A DNA stretch of 62,670 nucleotides, filler included, from Thermodesulfobacteriota bacterium (GTDB taxonomy: Bacteria > DASVDK01): NCBI GenBank assembly GCA_036381125.1. It is 6 parts of 6 records of this genome, joined end to end, with 100 filler letters (N's around TTAATTAATTAA, not from the genome) between each part and the next. Parts side by side here need not be neighbours in the genome. Positions count along the whole stretch, not along the records: positions 29,079 to 35,216 come from DASVDK010000343.1; positions 35,317 to 42,494 come from DASVDK010000344.1; 4 more parts are not named here. One strand, given 5' to 3'. The position numbers and the translations under genes were made by a program. The notes beneath the pieces were generated by a model that saw only the letters and a program-made list of their open reading frames with translations, had not been told where the DNA came from and did not search any database. Shown here piece by piece: positions 29,276-42,067 of the stretch (its first letter is position 1; every line of letters begins with the position of its first letter).

Positions 29276-30514
29276 CTAGAAGTACTCCGAAAACCAGGAC
29301 TTCATTCGCTGCGCGACCTTGGCGAAGAGGCGGGGCTCCCCGACCCGGAAGCGCCGCGGCTCCCCCTGCTCGTGCTGGTGCTTGAGGCCGTAGAGCACGA
29401 GCCCGACGCCGGTCGCGTACATGGGGCTGTTGACCACGTCGACGAGCCCGCCGATCCCCATGGGGTAGCCCCGCCGGATCGGCAGGTTGAACGTCTGCTC
29501 CGCCAGCTCCGTCATCCCCTCCATGATGGTCGCGCCCCCGGTGATGACGACGCCCGACGCCAGGACGTCCTCGAAGCCGCTCTTGACGATCTCCCGCGCC
29601 GCGAGCTGGTAGATCTCCTCGACGCGGGGCTGGATGATCTCCGCGAGGATCTGCCGCGACAGGACCCGCGGCGGGCGGCCGCCGACCGACGGCACCTCGA
29701 CCGTGTCGTCGCGCCGCACGAGGCTCGTGAGCGCGCAGCCGTGCTTCTTCTTGAGCCGTTCCGCCTCCACGTCGGGCGTCCGCACGCCGAAGCCGATGTC
29801 CTTGGTGATCTGGTTGCCGCCCATCGCGATCACGGCGGTGTGCTTCACCCCCCCCTCGGCGAAGACCGCCACGTCGGTCGTCCCCCCGCCGACGTCGAGC
29901 AGCGCCACGCCGAGCTCGCGCTCGTCGGGCGTCAGCACCGCCTCGGCCGAGGCGAGCTGCTGGAGCACGATGTCGGACACCTCGAGGCCGGTGCGGTTCA
30001 CGCACTTCACGATGTTCTGCGCGCTCGTCACGGCCGCGGTCACGATGTGCACCTTGGCCTCGAGCCGCACGCCGCTCATGCCGACCGGGTCCTTGACGCC
30101 GTCCTGGTCGTCCACGACGAACTCCTGCGGGAGGATGTGGATGACCTCGCGGTCGAGCGGGATCGCGATCGCCTTGGCGGCGTCGATGACGCGCCGGACG
30201 TCCTGCGGGCTCACCTCCCGGTCCTTGACCGCCACGATGCCGTGGGAGTTGAAGCCCTTGATGTGGCCCCCCGCGATCCCGACGTAGACCGACTGGATCT
30301 GGCAGCCGGCCATGAGCTCCGCCTCCTCGATGGCCTTCTTGATCGAGGCGACGGTGGCGTCGATGTTGATCACGACGCCCTTGCTGAGCCCCTTCGACGG
30401 GTACGTCCCGATGCCGATGATGTCGATGCCGTCGGGGGTCGCCTCGCCGACGATGGCGCAGATCTTCGTCGTTCCGATGTCGAGGCCGACGATGAGGTTC
30501 CCCTGCTTGCTCAC
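29276..30514 (-). CDS. ftsA: Cell division protein FtsA
   Basis: 'GLDIGTTKI', 'DVGGGTTD', amphipathic C-terminus 'WFSEYF'. Confidence 0.97.
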   Translation of the reverse strand: MSKQGNLIVGLDIGTTKICAIVGEATPDGIDIIGIGTYPSKGLSKGVVINIDATVASIKKAIEEAELMAGCQIQSVYVGIAGGHIKGFNSHGIVAVKDREVSPQDVRRVIDAAKAIAIPLDREVIHILPQEFVVDDQDGVKDPVGMSGVRLEAKVHIVTAAVTSAQNIVKCVNRTGLEVSDIVLQQLASAEAVLTPDERELGVALLDVGGGTTDVAVFAEGGVKHTAVIAMGGNQITKDIGFGVRTPDVEAERLKKKHGCALTSLVRRDDTVEVPSVGGRPPRVLSRQILAEIIQPRVEEIYQLAAREIVKSGFEDVLASGVVITGGATIMEGMTELAEQTFNLPIRRGYPMGIGGLVDVVNSPMYATGVGLVLYGLKHQHEQGEPRRFRVGEPRLFAKVAQRMKSWFSEYF

Positions 30515-31497
30515 AGCTCGTGTCCCCCTCCGGAAGTGCCGGTGGACCGCGGCCCCTCCGCCCTCGCGCCGGACCTCGCGATCCGCCGGCCGTCCGAGCG
30601 GGTCTTCACCACGGCGCGATGCGCGAAGGTGAGGTCGATCCGCTCGGCCGCCTCGCCGGCGGCCGCGAGGTACGCGAGGACCCGAACGGCGCGCTCGAGC
30701 TTGGGCCCGAAGGGTCCGTCCCCGAGAACGATCGTCAGCCGACCGCCGGCGGAGGCCCGCTCCGCCGCGGTGCGCAGCACGAACCCCCGGACCGGGTCGA
30801 CGTGCAGCTCCGAGACCCGCGCCGGCAGCCGCGCGCCGGCGAGATCGAGGAGCCCGAGCGCCTCGACCAGGCGCGCCGCCGTCCCGGACGGGTCGGCGGC
30901 CACGGCCGCCGCGCTGAGCCCGGTGACCACCGGAAGGTCGGCCTCCTCCCCGTGCTCGACCGGCTTGATGATCCGGCCCGACGCGTCGGCGAAGTAGAGC
31001 CGATCGAGCTGGACGAGCAGGGCCGCCCGCCGCTCGGTCACCTCGAGCACGAGGCGCGAGGGGAGCTCGCGGCGCGCCACCACCCGGCCGACCCAGGGGT
31101 GCGCCTCCACGCGCTCCACCACGAGACCGAGGTCCAGCGCGAGGAGCGGCGCGCCGGGGGTCACCCGCGCGAGGCCGAGGACCGTCTGCCGCGTGAGGTG
31201 CCGCGCCGGCCGGGTGAAGCGCACCTCGACCTCCTCGATCGCGAAGGCCGGCAGGGACGAGAGCCAGCGCCCCGTGCCGACCGCCACGATCACCGCCGCG
31301 AGGCCGGCGGCCGCGCCGAGCGCCAGCCCGCGCCGCACGGTCGACCGCCGGGCGCGCCTGACCGCCCGCTGGGCCATCAGCACGCGGCTCACGCCGCTGC
31401 TCCTCGTCGGCGCCACCTTCCGCTCCGGCCAGGCAGAGCCTGGCCTCCGCTCGACCGGGGGCCGCAGGCCCCCGGACCCCACCCACCGGTGGCGCAT
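30511..31497 (-). CDS. ftsQ: Cell division protein FtsQ (start uncertain)
   Basis: Single TM + POTRA 'HPWV...RRELPSRL...ER'; upstream of ftsA. Confidence 0.85.
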   Translation of the reverse strand: MRHRWVGSGGLRPPVERRPGSAWPERKVAPTRSSGVSRVLMAQRAVRRARRSTVRRGLALGAAAGLAAVIVAVGTGRWLSSLPAFAIEEVEVRFTRPARHLTRQTVLGLARVTPGAPLLALDLGLVVERVEAHPWVGRVVARRELPSRLVLEVTERRAALLVQLDRLYFADASGRIIKPVEHGEEADLPVVTGLSAAAVAADPSGTAARLVEALGLLDLAGARLPARVSELHVDPVRGFVLRTAAERASAGGRLTIVLGDGPFGPKLERAVRVLAYLAAAGEAAERIDLTFAHRAVVKTRSDGRRIARSGARAEGPRSTGTSGGGHEL

Positions 31498-31510
31498 GAC
31501 CTTGTGCGGC

Positions 31511-32888
<1,378 letters not shown>

Positions 32889-32896
<8 letters not shown>

Positions 32897-34016
32897 GCAC
32901 GGCCCTCGCCGCCGCGGAGCCCGAGGGGCGCAGAAGGCGCATGAGCTCGTCCACGACCCGGTCGGCCGCCGCCGGCTCGCCGAGGCGGCCGGCCGCGGCC
33001 GCCATCTCGGCCCGCCGGCCGGGGTCGTCGAGAAGCCTGCCGACCTCGGCGGCCAGCCGCTCGCCGGTCAGCTCGGCGTCCCGGATCCGCACCGCGGCGC
33101 CCGCCGTCACGAGGGCGCGCGCGTTGGCCTCCTGGTGGTCGTCGGCCGCGAAGGGGTACGGCACGAGGATCGCGGGCCGACCGACCGCCGTCAGCTCCGC
33201 CACGGTGCTCGCGCCCGCCCGGCAGACCAGGAGGTCGGCCCATGCGTACTGCGCGGCCATGTCGTCGATGAAGGCGCGCACGTCGGCTCGATCCGGCCCC
33301 CACCCGGCCGCGCGGTAGCCCGCCTCGACCGCCGCCCGCGACGACTCGCCCGTCTGGTGCACGATCGCCAGCCGGTCGCCGAACCGGTCGAGGCCGGCCA
33401 GGGCGCCGAGCATCGCCTCGTTGATCCGGCGCGCGCCGGCGCTGCCGCCGAAGACGAGCAGGTGGAGCCGGCCGTCCTCCGAGGCGTCGCGCGGCGGCAC
33501 CGACCGGAAGGCGCGCCGGATCGGGTTTCCGGTGCGCACGACCTTGGCAGGCGGGAACGCCGCCGACCCGGACGGCGGCTCGAACGTCGTGAAGACCCGG
33601 TCGACCAGGCGGCCGAGCCACCGGTTCGTGAGACCGGGCACCGCGTTCTGCTCCATGATCGCCGTCGGCCGGCCGAGCAGCGCCGCGGCCGCGACGACCG
33701 GGCCGGAGGCGTAGCCGCCGACGCCGAGGACCAGGTCGGGCCGCTCGCGGCGCACGATCCTCGCCGCGGCGAGGAGGGCCGCCGGCAGGCCGAGGAGCGT
33801 GCGCGCGAGGCCCGCGACGCCCTGCCCCTTGAGCGTGCCGACCTCGATGAACTCGACCGGGAAGCCGGCCCGCGGCACCGCGCGCGCCTCGATGCCGCGC
33901 CGGGTCCCGACGAAGCGCACCTCCCCGCCCGGCGTGCGAGCGAGGAACGCCTCGGCCACTGCCAGGCCGGGGAAGAGGTGACCGCCGGTGCCGCCGCCCG
34001 CGACGAGGAGCCTCAT
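32889..34016 (-). CDS. murG: Undecaprenyl-PP-MurNAc-pentapeptide GlcNAc transferase
   Basis: '[10 protein letters not shown]', 'EQN', 'GGSAGA', 'RAGASTVAE', 'HQEANA'. Confidence 0.97.
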
Positions 34017-35216
34017 GGGCGTCCCCTGCGCGCGGCCGGCGACACGGGCCGGGCCGGCGAACGGCGGGCCACGCCTCGCGTCCCCGCGCCGCGCGTCAGG
34101 GGCGCGGGGGCGGCGCGAACGGCCCGCATCGGCGCGCCCGACCGCACCGCGGCCGACACGTTGAGGAGCAGCCCCGCGCAGGCGAGCGCCGCCACGAGGG
34201 CGCTGCCGCCGGCCGAGACGAACGGCAGCGGCAGCCCCTTGGTGGGCAGGCAGCCGAGGACGACGCCGAGGTTGACGACCGCCTGCAGGCCGATCGTCAG
34301 CGCCGCGCCGGCCGCGAGGAGCGCCGCGAAGGGGGTCGGCGCCCGGCGCGCCACCTCGAGGCCGCGCACCACGAGCAGCGCGAAGAGCGCCACCATCACC
34401 GAGAAGCCGACGAGGCCCAGCTCCTCCGCCACGACCGCCGCCACGAAGTCCGTATGCGGCTCCGGCAGGAAGAGGAGCTTCTGCTGCCCCTCGCCGAGCC
34501 CCCGCCCGAAGAGGCCGCCCGAGCCGACGGCGACGAACGACTGGATGACCTGCCAGCCGCTGCCGGTCGCGTGGCTCCAGGGGTCGAGGAAGGCCAGGAC
34601 GCGGGCGCGGCGGTACGGCACGCGCATGACGAGCAGGTAGAGCACCGGCAGCGCGGCGAGGACGAGGAGCCCGAGGTGCGAGATCCGCGCGCCGGCGACG
34701 AAGAGGAGCGCCGCCGCCACGGCGCCGAGGAGCACGGCGGTGCCGAAGTCCGGCTGTGCGACGACGAGGCCCACCGCCAGCCCCACCACGACGAGCCGCG
34801 GCAGCAGGCCGTCCCACCGGTCCACCCGGGCGTCGGGCCGCGCGAGGCGGGCGGCGAGCCAGAGCACGAGCGCAACCTTCATCGGCTCGGCCGGCTGGAG
34901 GCTCAGCCCCCCCACGGCGATCCACCGCGCCGTGCCGGCGACGCGGTGCGAAACCCCGGGCACGTGCGTCAGCGCGAGGAGGAGGAGGCCGACGAGGAGG
35001 GCCGGCCGGGCGAGACGCTCGAGGCGCGCGAGCGGCGTCGTGGCGGCGGCCGCCATCACCGCGAGGCCGATGGCCGCGTAGAGGAGCTGCCGCCGCAGGT
35101 AGTGCGCGCCGTCGCCGAACCGATCGGTGGCGAGCACGAACGACGCCGAGTAGACCATGACGATGCCGAGCGCGACGAGGGCCACGACCGGCAGCACGAT
35201 CTGCCGGTCGCCCCAG
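34013..35216 (-). CDS. ftsW: SEDS protein FtsW (5' end cut)
   Basis: 'MVYSAS', 'QPAE', 'QPDFG', 'LPEPHTDF', 'LPFVSAGGS'. Confidence 0.93.
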
Positions 35217-35316
35217 NNNNNNNNNNNNNNNNNNNNNNNNNNNNNNNNNNNNNNNNNNNNTTAATTAATTAANNNNNNNNNNNNNNNNNNNNNNNNNNNN
35301 NNNNNNNNNNNNNNNN
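35217..35316. other. Artificial contig spacer
   Basis: N-run with TTAATTAATTAA. Confidence 0.99.
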
Positions 35317-35718
35317 GTGGGGCCGGCCCAGCGGACGGAGGCGCTGCTCGGGCCGTACGAGCTGCACGACTTCGCCCTCTACTACATCCTCCGCTACGGC
35401 TACGCGCCGCCGAAGGTCGCCTTCATGTCCCACGGGGCGTGGGGCGACGTCGCGTGCGGCGCCTGGCCGGACGTCCCGCCCGAGCGGCGCCGGGCGTACG
35501 GGCTCGGCGAGATCAAGCGGACGCTCGCGGTCTTCCTGCGGCGCTTCTTCGAGACCAGTCAGTTCAAGCGGAGCTGCATCCCGGACGCCCCCAAGGTCGG
35601 CTCGGGCGGCTCCCTCTCGCCTCGCGGCGACTACCGCGCGCCGAGCGACGGCCGCGCCGCGCCCTGGCTCGCGCAGCTCGACCTCATCCCGGACGGCGAC
35701 CAGGACCTGTCTGCATAG
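35317..35718 (+). CDS. nadE: Glutamine-dependent NAD+ synthetase, 3' part
   Basis: '[11 protein letters not shown]', '[30 protein letters not shown]'. Confidence 0.9.
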   Translation: MGPAQRTEALLGPYELHDFALYYILRYGYAPPKVAFMSHGAWGDVACGAWPDVPPERRRAYGLGEIKRTLAVFLRRFFETSQFKRSCIPDAPKVGSGGSLSPRGDYRAPSDGRAAPWLAQLDLIPDGDQDLSA

Positions 35719-36060
35719 GCCGGTTGCGGAACCAGCCGGGACACGCCGGCCGCCGGCACCGGAGCCCTGCCCCGAGGCTGTGCCGATACGGCCGAGAACC
35801 GGTGGAGCACGGCCCCGGCTCTCCGCGGCGTCGCGATCGGGCACGGGCACCGGTGACGCGGATCGCGTCTCTCGCGCAAAGTCTGCCGGGCCGCGGTCCC
35901 CGGGGACGAGCCGACCCGGAGCATCCGCTCCACTGAAACGCCCGTTAAGCGGGAGCTTTTCGACGCGCGGCGCGCTCGGTCCGGTGGTTGCAAAGCAGGA
36001 TGCGCCACCGGAGGCGCCGGGAGGAGCCCGGGGCCCGGAGGCCCGATGGGAGGAGCCCTC

Positions 36061-37059
36061 ATGTCGCGATCGATCGCTCTCGCCGCCGCGCTGGCGGCTG
36101 CGCTCGTCGCCGCGCCGCCGGCCGCCGTTCAGGCCGCCGCGCCGACGGAGCGCATCGTCCTCAAGTTCGGCCACATCACGCCTCCGGGCAGCCTGCACGA
36201 CCTTGCCGCCCAGGAGTTCGCCAGGCGGGTGAACGCCCAGCTCGAGGGTCGGGTCGAGGTCAGGGTCTACGGGAACTCGGCGCTCGGCACCGACGAGGAG
36301 ATGGTCAAAGGGATCCGCACCGGCGCGGTCGACATGTTCCTGCCGGGCGGCGTGATGAGCACCGTCGACCCGATCTTCGGCATCTTCGAGCTGCCCTACC
36401 TGATCGACGACCGCGACCACATGCGCCGGGCGACGGAGAACCGCGCCGTCCAGCACGCGCTCTACCCGAAGGCGCTCGCCAAGGGGATGCGGATCCTCGG
36501 CATCTGGGAGCACGGCTTCAAGCAGGTCACGAACAACACGCGGCCGATCGTCCGTCCGGCCGACCTGCGCGACCTGAAGATCCGGGTGCCGTCGGCCGTC
36601 TGGCGGCTGCGGACGTTCCAGGCCTTCGGCGCCTCGCCGGCCGCGGCCCCGTGGAAGGACGTGTACGACCTCCTCAAGACCGGCCGGATGGACGGCCAGG
36701 AGGCGGCGCTGACGCTCTTCATGTCGGCCGGCATCCAGCACGTGCAGAAGTACCTGTCCCTCACCGACCACGTCTACACGCCGGCCTACCTCGTGATCAA
36801 CGAGGACGTCTACCGGAAGCTGCCGAAGGACGCCCGGCGGGTGCTCACGAGGGTCGGCTACGAGATGGCGGAGTGGTCGCGCAAGGAGGGGGCCCGGCTC
36901 GACAGGGAGCTGATGGCCAGGCTGCCCCCCACGATTGAGGTCAACGAGGTCGACAAGGACGCCTTCTTCCGCGCCTCGATCCCGCTCTACGAGCAGTTCG
37001 CCAGCGAGGTGCCGGGCGGGACGATCCTCATCAAGACGATCCAGGGGCTTCGGCGGTAG
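36061..37059 (+). CDS. TRAP substrate-binding protein (DctP family)
   Basis: Signal peptide; 'FELPYL', '[10 protein letters not shown]', '[10 protein letters not shown]', '[12 protein letters not shown]'. Confidence 0.9.
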   Translation: MSRSIALAAALAAALVAAPPAAVQAAAPTERIVLKFGHITPPGSLHDLAAQEFARRVNAQLEGRVEVRVYGNSALGTDEEMVKGIRTGAVDMFLPGGVMSTVDPIFGIFELPYLIDDRDHMRRATENRAVQHALYPKALAKGMRILGIWEHGFKQVTNNTRPIVRPADLRDLKIRVPSAVWRLRTFQAFGASPAAAPWKDVYDLLKTGRMDGQEAALTLFMSAGIQHVQKYLSLTDHVYTPAYLVINEDVYRKLPKDARRVLTRVGYEMAEWSRKEGARLDRELMARLPPTIEVNEVDKDAFFRASIPLYEQFASEVPGGTILIKTIQGLRR

Positions 37060-37085
37060 GTGCGTCCCGCGAGGGGGCGGCGGCG

Positions 37086-39224
37086 ATGGGGGCGCGGGTG
37101 ATCGCCTGGAGGGGGAGCCGCGGCGTGAAGGGGCGCCTCGGGCTGCGCGGCAAGGTCCTGGCGAGGGCGGCGGCGATCATCCTCGTCCTGCTGGCCGCCA
37201 ACACCTGGCTGAACGTGGCCTCCGCGCGGCAGTACCTCCTCCAGGAGATCGCGGCGCGAGCCGAGGCCCTGGCGCCGCGGCTGAGGACGCCGGTCGAGGG
37301 CTACCTGCGCAGCGGGCTCGGCATCGACATGCTCGAGTCCTTCTCGACCGACGCCCAGCAGATGGTGGTCGGCAGCAACGGGTACCTCCTCAGCGCCGCC
37401 TACCTCGACAGGGGCGGGGTGATCCGCGTGCACAACGACGCCGGCCGCATCGGCCGCCCCGAGCCGTCGAAGGCGGTGGCGGCGGCGCTCCCGAGCGTCG
37501 GGCGCGAGCCGATCCTGGTGAACGATTCGGCCGGCGGCGAGATCGTCGCGTTGATCGGCCTGACCGACGCCGCGGGGGGGCCGGCCGGCGCCCTGCGGCT
37601 CGGCTTCTCGCAGGCGACGCTCGACGCGGCCTTCGGCAAGGTCCTCCGCGAGCAGGGCCTCCTCCTCGTCCTCTCGCTCGCCCTCACGTTCGTCGCCTTC
37701 TCGATGCTGCTCGGCCGGTCGGTCCTGCGACCGCTCACCGCGATCGGCGACGCGGCGGCGGCGATCGCCTCGGGGACGCTGTCGCGCCGCGTCCCGGTCA
37801 CCGGCGACGACGAGATCGCGGAGCTCGGGCGGCGCTTCAACCAGATGGCCGACCAGCTCGAGGCGGTCCTCGCCCAGGTACGGAGCGCCTCGCAGTCGGT
37901 GGCCGGCGCCTCGGCCGAGGTCGCCCGCAGCCAGGGGGACGTGCGCGCCGGCGCCGAGTCCCAGCACGCCTCGCTCGGCCGGACCGCCACCGCCATCGGC
38001 GAACTCGACCGTGCCGCCGCCACCATCCAGGACCGCGTGGAAGGCCTGTCGAAGTCGGCGGAGGTTGCCTCGGCCACCAGCCTCGAGCTGGCCGCCTCGG
38101 CCGACGAGGTCACGGCGCACATCGACGAGCTGGCCCGGTCGGTCGAGACGACGACCGCGGGCGTCACCGAGATGGCCACCTCGCTCAAGCAGGTGGCGGC
38201 CACGGTGGAGCAGCTCGCCGGCGCGACCGACGTGACCGCCTCGACCATCGCCGAGATGGACGCCTCCATCGCGGAGATCGAGAAGATGGCGGGCGAGGCG
38301 GCGGCCGTTGCCGAGCAGACCGCGGCCGACGCCGAGGGCGGGCGCGCCGCCGTCGACGCCACGGTCGAGGGGATCGAGCGGATCCGCGCCGCGAGCCAGT
38401 CGGCCGCGCAGGTCCTGCGCGGATTCGAGGGGACCGCGACCGAGATCGGCAAGATCCTCCGGCTCATCGACGACGTGGCCGACCAGACGAACCTCCTCGC
38501 GCTGAACGCCGCGATCCTCGCCGCCCAGGCGGGGGAGCACGGCCGCGGCTTCGCGGTCGTGGCGGGCGAGATCAAGGGGCTCGCGGAGCGGACCGGCGTC
38601 TCGACGCGCGAGATCGCCGGGCTGATCGGCAAGGTGCAGCAGGGGGCGCGCGCCGCCGTGCAGGCCATGGAGGAAGGGGAGGGGGCGATCGCGGAGGGGG
38701 TCGAGCGCAGCCGGCGCGCCGGCGACGCCCTCGCGCAGATCCTGGCCGGGACGGGCCGCGCCCGCACCCTTGCCGCGCGCATCGCCCGGGCGACCGAGGA
38801 GCACGCCAGGGGGAGCCGTCAGGTGACCGACGCCGTAACGCAGATCTCCACCATGGCGAGCCAGCTCAAGGCCGCGGCCGACGAGCAGAGCCGCGGGGGG
38901 CTCGAGATGGCGCGCGCGGCCGAGGCCATGACCGAGGCGTCGCGGCGAGTCCGGCAGTCGGCCCACGAGCAGCGCGACGCCAGCAAGGCGATCGGCGCGA
39001 CGATGGAGCAGGTCGTCGAGGCGGTGAAGGTCATCGCCGCCGCCACGCAGCAGCAGAAGCGGGAGACGCGCGAGGTGGCGAGCGCCCTCGAGGCGATCCG
39101 CGGGCTCGCCGAGCGCACCACGGTCACCGCGACCGGGATGGACCGCGTCGTGGAGTCGCTCACGCGCGAGGCGGCCGTCCTCGAGTCGTCCCTCGCGAGG
39201 CTCCAGGGGGAGGCCGCGGCCTGA
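37086..39224 (+). CDS. Methyl-accepting chemotaxis protein (2 TM, periplasmic sensor, HAMP, extended coiled coil)
   Basis: HAMP '[13 protein letters not shown]'; hairpin '[26 protein letters not shown]'. Confidence 0.93.
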   Translation: MGARVIAWRGSRGVKGRLGLRGKVLARAAAIILVLLAANTWLNVASARQYLLQEIAARAEALAPRLRTPVEGYLRSGLGIDMLESFSTDAQQMVVGSNGYLLSAAYLDRGGVIRVHNDAGRIGRPEPSKAVAAALPSVGREPILVNDSAGGEIVALIGLTDAAGGPAGALRLGFSQATLDAAFGKVLREQGLLLVLSLALTFVAFSMLLGRSVLRPLTAIGDAAAAIASGTLSRRVPVTGDDEIAELGRRFNQMADQLEAVLAQVRSASQSVAGASAEVARSQGDVRAGAESQHASLGRTATAIGELDRAAATIQDRVEGLSKSAEVASATSLELAASADEVTAHIDELARSVETTTAGVTEMATSLKQVAATVEQLAGATDVTASTIAEMDASIAEIEKMAGEAAAVAEQTAADAEGGRAAVDATVEGIERIRAASQSAAQVLRGFEGTATEIGKILRLIDDVADQTNLLALNAAILAAQAGEHGRGFAVVAGEIKGLAERTGVSTREIAGLIGKVQQGARAAVQAMEEGEGAIAEGVERSRRAGDALAQILAGTGRARTLAARIARATEEHARGSRQVTDAVTQISTMASQLKAAADEQSRGGLEMARAAEAMTEASRRVRQSAHEQRDASKAIGATMEQVVEAVKVIAAATQQQKRETREVASALEAIRGLAERTTVTATGMDRVVESLTREAAVLESSLARLQGEAAA

Positions 39225-39327
39225 GTCGCCCCCGGCGGCGGGGCGGCTCCCGGCGCCTCGCCGGCCGGCGCGTGCCCGGCCGGCGAGCCGGCGGTACACT
39301 GGCCGCCGTGACCGCGCCGGCGACACC

Positions 39328-40518
39328 GTGACCCTTCCGTATCGCTACGCCGTCCTCGGACTGGTCCTGGCCATCCAGGCGTCCGCCACGATCGGCACCA
39401 TCGGCCTGCCGGCGCTCGCGCCGCTCATCAGGGCCGACCTCGGTCTCTCGCGCACCGAGGCGGGATCGCTCGTGTCCCCCTTCTACGTCGGGTCGCTCGT
39501 GATCGGCGTGCCGGCGGGGTATCTGGCCGACCGCCTCGGCGTGCGCTGGACGCTCGTCGCCGGCCAGGCGGTCATCGCCCTGTTCCTCTTCGCCCTCGCC
39601 GCGGTCGGCTCGGGGTGGCTCGTGCCGCTCGCGATCGGGGCGGCCGGCTTCGGCTTCGCCCTCGTCAACCCGACGACGACCAAGGCGGTCATCGCCTGGT
39701 TCCCGCTCGCCTCGCGCGCCACCGCGGTCGGCGTCAAGCAGACCGGGTTGCCGCTCGGCGGCGCCATCGGCGCCGCGGTGCTGCCGGGGCTCGCGCTCGC
39801 GGTCGGCTGGCGCGACGCCATCCGCGCCACCGCGCTCCTCGTCGCCCTCTGCGCCGTGGCGACCGCTCTCGTCTACCGGGAGCGTACGGACGAAGGGGGC
39901 GCGGCGGCGCCGAGGCCCGGATCGGCCTGGGCGGTGCTGCGCAACGGGGACCTCTGGCGGCTGTCGCTCGTGACGGTGCTCTTCGCCACGGTCCAGGTCT
40001 CCTGGACCGGCTACTTCGTCCTCTTCCTCACGGAGACGGCCGGCCGTTCCGTCGTGGAGGGGGGCGCGATGCTGGCGCTCGCCAACGTCGCCGGCATCGG
40101 CGGCCGGATCGCCTTCGGGCTCCTCTCGGACCGGGTCTTCGGAGGGCGCCGGCGGATCGTCCTCGTGATCGCGGGGGCCGGCTCGGGGCTCGTCGCCGCG
40201 GCGACGGCGCTGGTCGGCCCCGGCACGCCGTCGGTCGCCGTCGCGCTCCTCGCCGTCGTCTTCGGCATGCTCGGCATCGGCTGGAACGGCGTGCAGCTCA
40301 CGCTCCTCGTGGAGCTGGCCGGCAAGGCGCTGGCCGGCACGGCCGTGGGCCTCGGGCTCGCCGTGAGCGCGCTCGGCGTGATTCTCGGGCCGCCGGCCTT
40401 CGGGCGGCTCGTCTCCCTGGTCGGGGGCTACGGGCCGGCGTGGGTCGCGCTCGCGGGCGCCATGGCGCTCGCGCTGCTGCTGCTCGCGACGGTCCGGGAG
40501 CCCGCCCGCCGCGTCTAG
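39328..40518 (+). CDS. MFS transporter
   Basis: 12 TM; 'GYLADRLGVR', 'GLLSDRVFGGRR'. Confidence 0.9.
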   Translation: MTLPYRYAVLGLVLAIQASATIGTIGLPALAPLIRADLGLSRTEAGSLVSPFYVGSLVIGVPAGYLADRLGVRWTLVAGQAVIALFLFALAAVGSGWLVPLAIGAAGFGFALVNPTTTKAVIAWFPLASRATAVGVKQTGLPLGGAIGAAVLPGLALAVGWRDAIRATALLVALCAVATALVYRERTDEGGAAAPRPGSAWAVLRNGDLWRLSLVTVLFATVQVSWTGYFVLFLTETAGRSVVEGGAMLALANVAGIGGRIAFGLLSDRVFGGRRRIVLVIAGAGSGLVAAATALVGPGTPSVAVALLAVVFGMLGIGWNGVQLTLLVELAGKALAGTAVGLGLAVSALGVILGPPAFGRLVSLVGGYGPAWVALAGAMALALLLLATVREPARRV

Positions 40519-40652
40519 AGCACGTCGCGCTGCCGAGACGCGCGACCACGCCTCTCGGCGTGGCAGGAGCCAGGCCCTCGCGGGCTACGGGGGACGCCGT
40601 CGGCTCGTCTCACGGGCGCCCGGGGCTCGCGGCAGCGGCCGGGCCGAGGGGC

Positions 40653-40683
40653 GTGGAAAATGGAAAGACCTGACCCCATGGAA
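40653..40683 (+). repeat. Single copy of the 25-bp REP-like repeat
   Basis: GTGGAAAATGGAAAGACCTGACCCCATGGAA, identical to 58454-58484; lies between convergent genes. Confidence 0.85.
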
Positions 40684-41070
40684 CTAGGCGTCGGCCTCCT
40701 CCACGCGAAGCTCGGTCCGGCAGCGACGGCAGATCACCGGGCGTTTCAGCGGGAAGCGCCCGGCGGCCTCGAACGCCTGCTCGAGCCCGCAGCGGGCGCA
40801 GCGCCCCTCGAGCCGCACGAGCGAGCGGTGCTCGCCGAGCCGCCGGACGGCCAGCACCGGCCCGGCCACGAGCAACGCCGGCACGAGCACGAAGTGCGCG
40901 ACCGGGATGAGAACCGCCGCCACCGCGAGCCCCCAGCAGGCGCCGAGGGCGACGAGCGCCCGCCGCGCGCGCAGCCCCGGCGGGTTCAACGCCACGGCCG
41001 CGCGCGCGGGCGCGGCCTCGGCGCCGAACGCCTGCAAGCGGACCGGCACCTCGATCAGATCGGCCGCCAC
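40684..41070 (-). CDS. Hypothetical 2-TM membrane protein with CxxC...CxxC zinc ribbon
   Basis: 'IPVAHFVLVP', 'CARC', 'CRRC'. Confidence 0.6.
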   Translation of the reverse strand: MAADLIEVPVRLQAFGAEAAPARAAVALNPPGLRARRALVALGACWGLAVAAVLIPVAHFVLVPALLVAGPVLAVRRLGEHRSLVRLEGRCARCGLEQAFEAAGRFPLKRPVICRRCRTELRVEEADA

Positions 41071-41074
41071 GTCG

Positions 41075-41995
41075 TCAGCCCGGCAGCGTGACCGTGCCGT
41101 CGATGACCGGCTCCACGCGGCCGGCGACTCGCACCGTCATCGCCTCCGGCGTGTGCCCCTCGACCGACACGTCGAGCCGCGACGGCCGCCGCATCTCCAC
41201 CCCCTGGCGGACGGCGAGCCTGCCGCCGGGGAGCCGTCCGGCCGCAGCAAGGTAGGCGCCGAGACACCCGGCGGCCGAACCGGTCGCCGGGTCCTCGACC
41301 ATGCCGAGCGACGGGGCGAAGAAGCGGGCGCGGGCCTCGCCGCCGCCGGTCAGCGCGAAGGCGAAGACCCCGGCCGCGCCCCAGCGGTCGGCGAGCCGGC
41401 GGACCGCGGCGAGGTCGGGCGCCAGCGCGGCCACCGCCTCGGCGGACGCAAGCGGCACGAGGAGCTGATCGACCCCGGTCGAGACGAGGCGCGGCGGGAG
41501 GGCGGCGAGGCCGACGCCGCCGGCCGGCCGGCCGAGCGCGCTCGCCAGCTCGTCGGCGTCGCGCCCTTCGATCGTGCGCCCGAGGCGGGGACGCCCCTGC
41601 GTCATGACGACCCGCGCGACCCGCAGGCCGCCGGCGCCGTCCGGCTCGGTCTCGAGCGTCACCGGCAGGACGCCGGCCTGGACCTCGTGGCGGATCTCGG
41701 TGCGCGGCGCGACGAGCGGGAACGCCCCCTCGCGAGCCATGACCCAGGGGGTGCCGACCAGCGGGTGGCCTGCGAAGGGGAGCTCGCGGCCCGGCGTGAA
41801 GATGCGGACGCGGTAGGCGGCCGCCGGGCTCGACGGGGGGAGGACGAAGGTGGTCTCCGAGAGGTTCAGCTCGAGCGCCAGCGCCTGCATCTCGTCGTCC
41901 GTGAGCCCGCGGGCGTCCGGGAAGACGCCGAGGGGGTTCCCCTCGAGCGGCGCCTCGGCGAACACGTCAACCTGGTGGAAGCGCAACCGACGCAT
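41075..41995 (-). CDS. PhzF-family epimerase/isomerase
   Basis: 'VDVF...GNP', 'NLSETTF', 'ELPFAGHP', 'EDPATGSA'. Confidence 0.92.
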   Translation of the reverse strand: MRRLRFHQVDVFAEAPLEGNPLGVFPDARGLTDDEMQALALELNLSETTFVLPPSSPAAAYRVRIFTPGRELPFAGHPLVGTPWVMAREGAFPLVAPRTEIRHEVQAGVLPVTLETEPDGAGGLRVARVVMTQGRPRLGRTIEGRDADELASALGRPAGGVGLAALPPRLVSTGVDQLLVPLASAEAVAALAPDLAAVRRLADRWGAAGVFAFALTGGGEARARFFAPSLGMVEDPATGSAAGCLGAYLAAAGRLPGGRLAVRQGVEMRRPSRLDVSVEGHTPEAMTVRVAGRVEPVIDGTVTLPG

Positions 41996-42067
41996 GGCCT
42001 CTCGACTTCTACCCGATCGTCGCGTCTTTGGCAAATCGCGCTCCGACCGCTACCATGAACGCCGAAC

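Noticed and set aside
35840-35930. c-di-GMP-I (GEMM) riboswitch upstream of dctP-MCP, suggested by GCGCAAAG
   Set aside because: No GNRA-capped P2 or GGCAAA element seen; would need cmsearch support
41075-41995. Phenazine biosynthesis (PhzF plus a TrpE(G)/PhzE-like fusion)
   Set aside because: The genes are on different contigs, no phzA/B/D/G is present, and the Trp attenuator marks the fusion as a tryptophan-pathway enzyme
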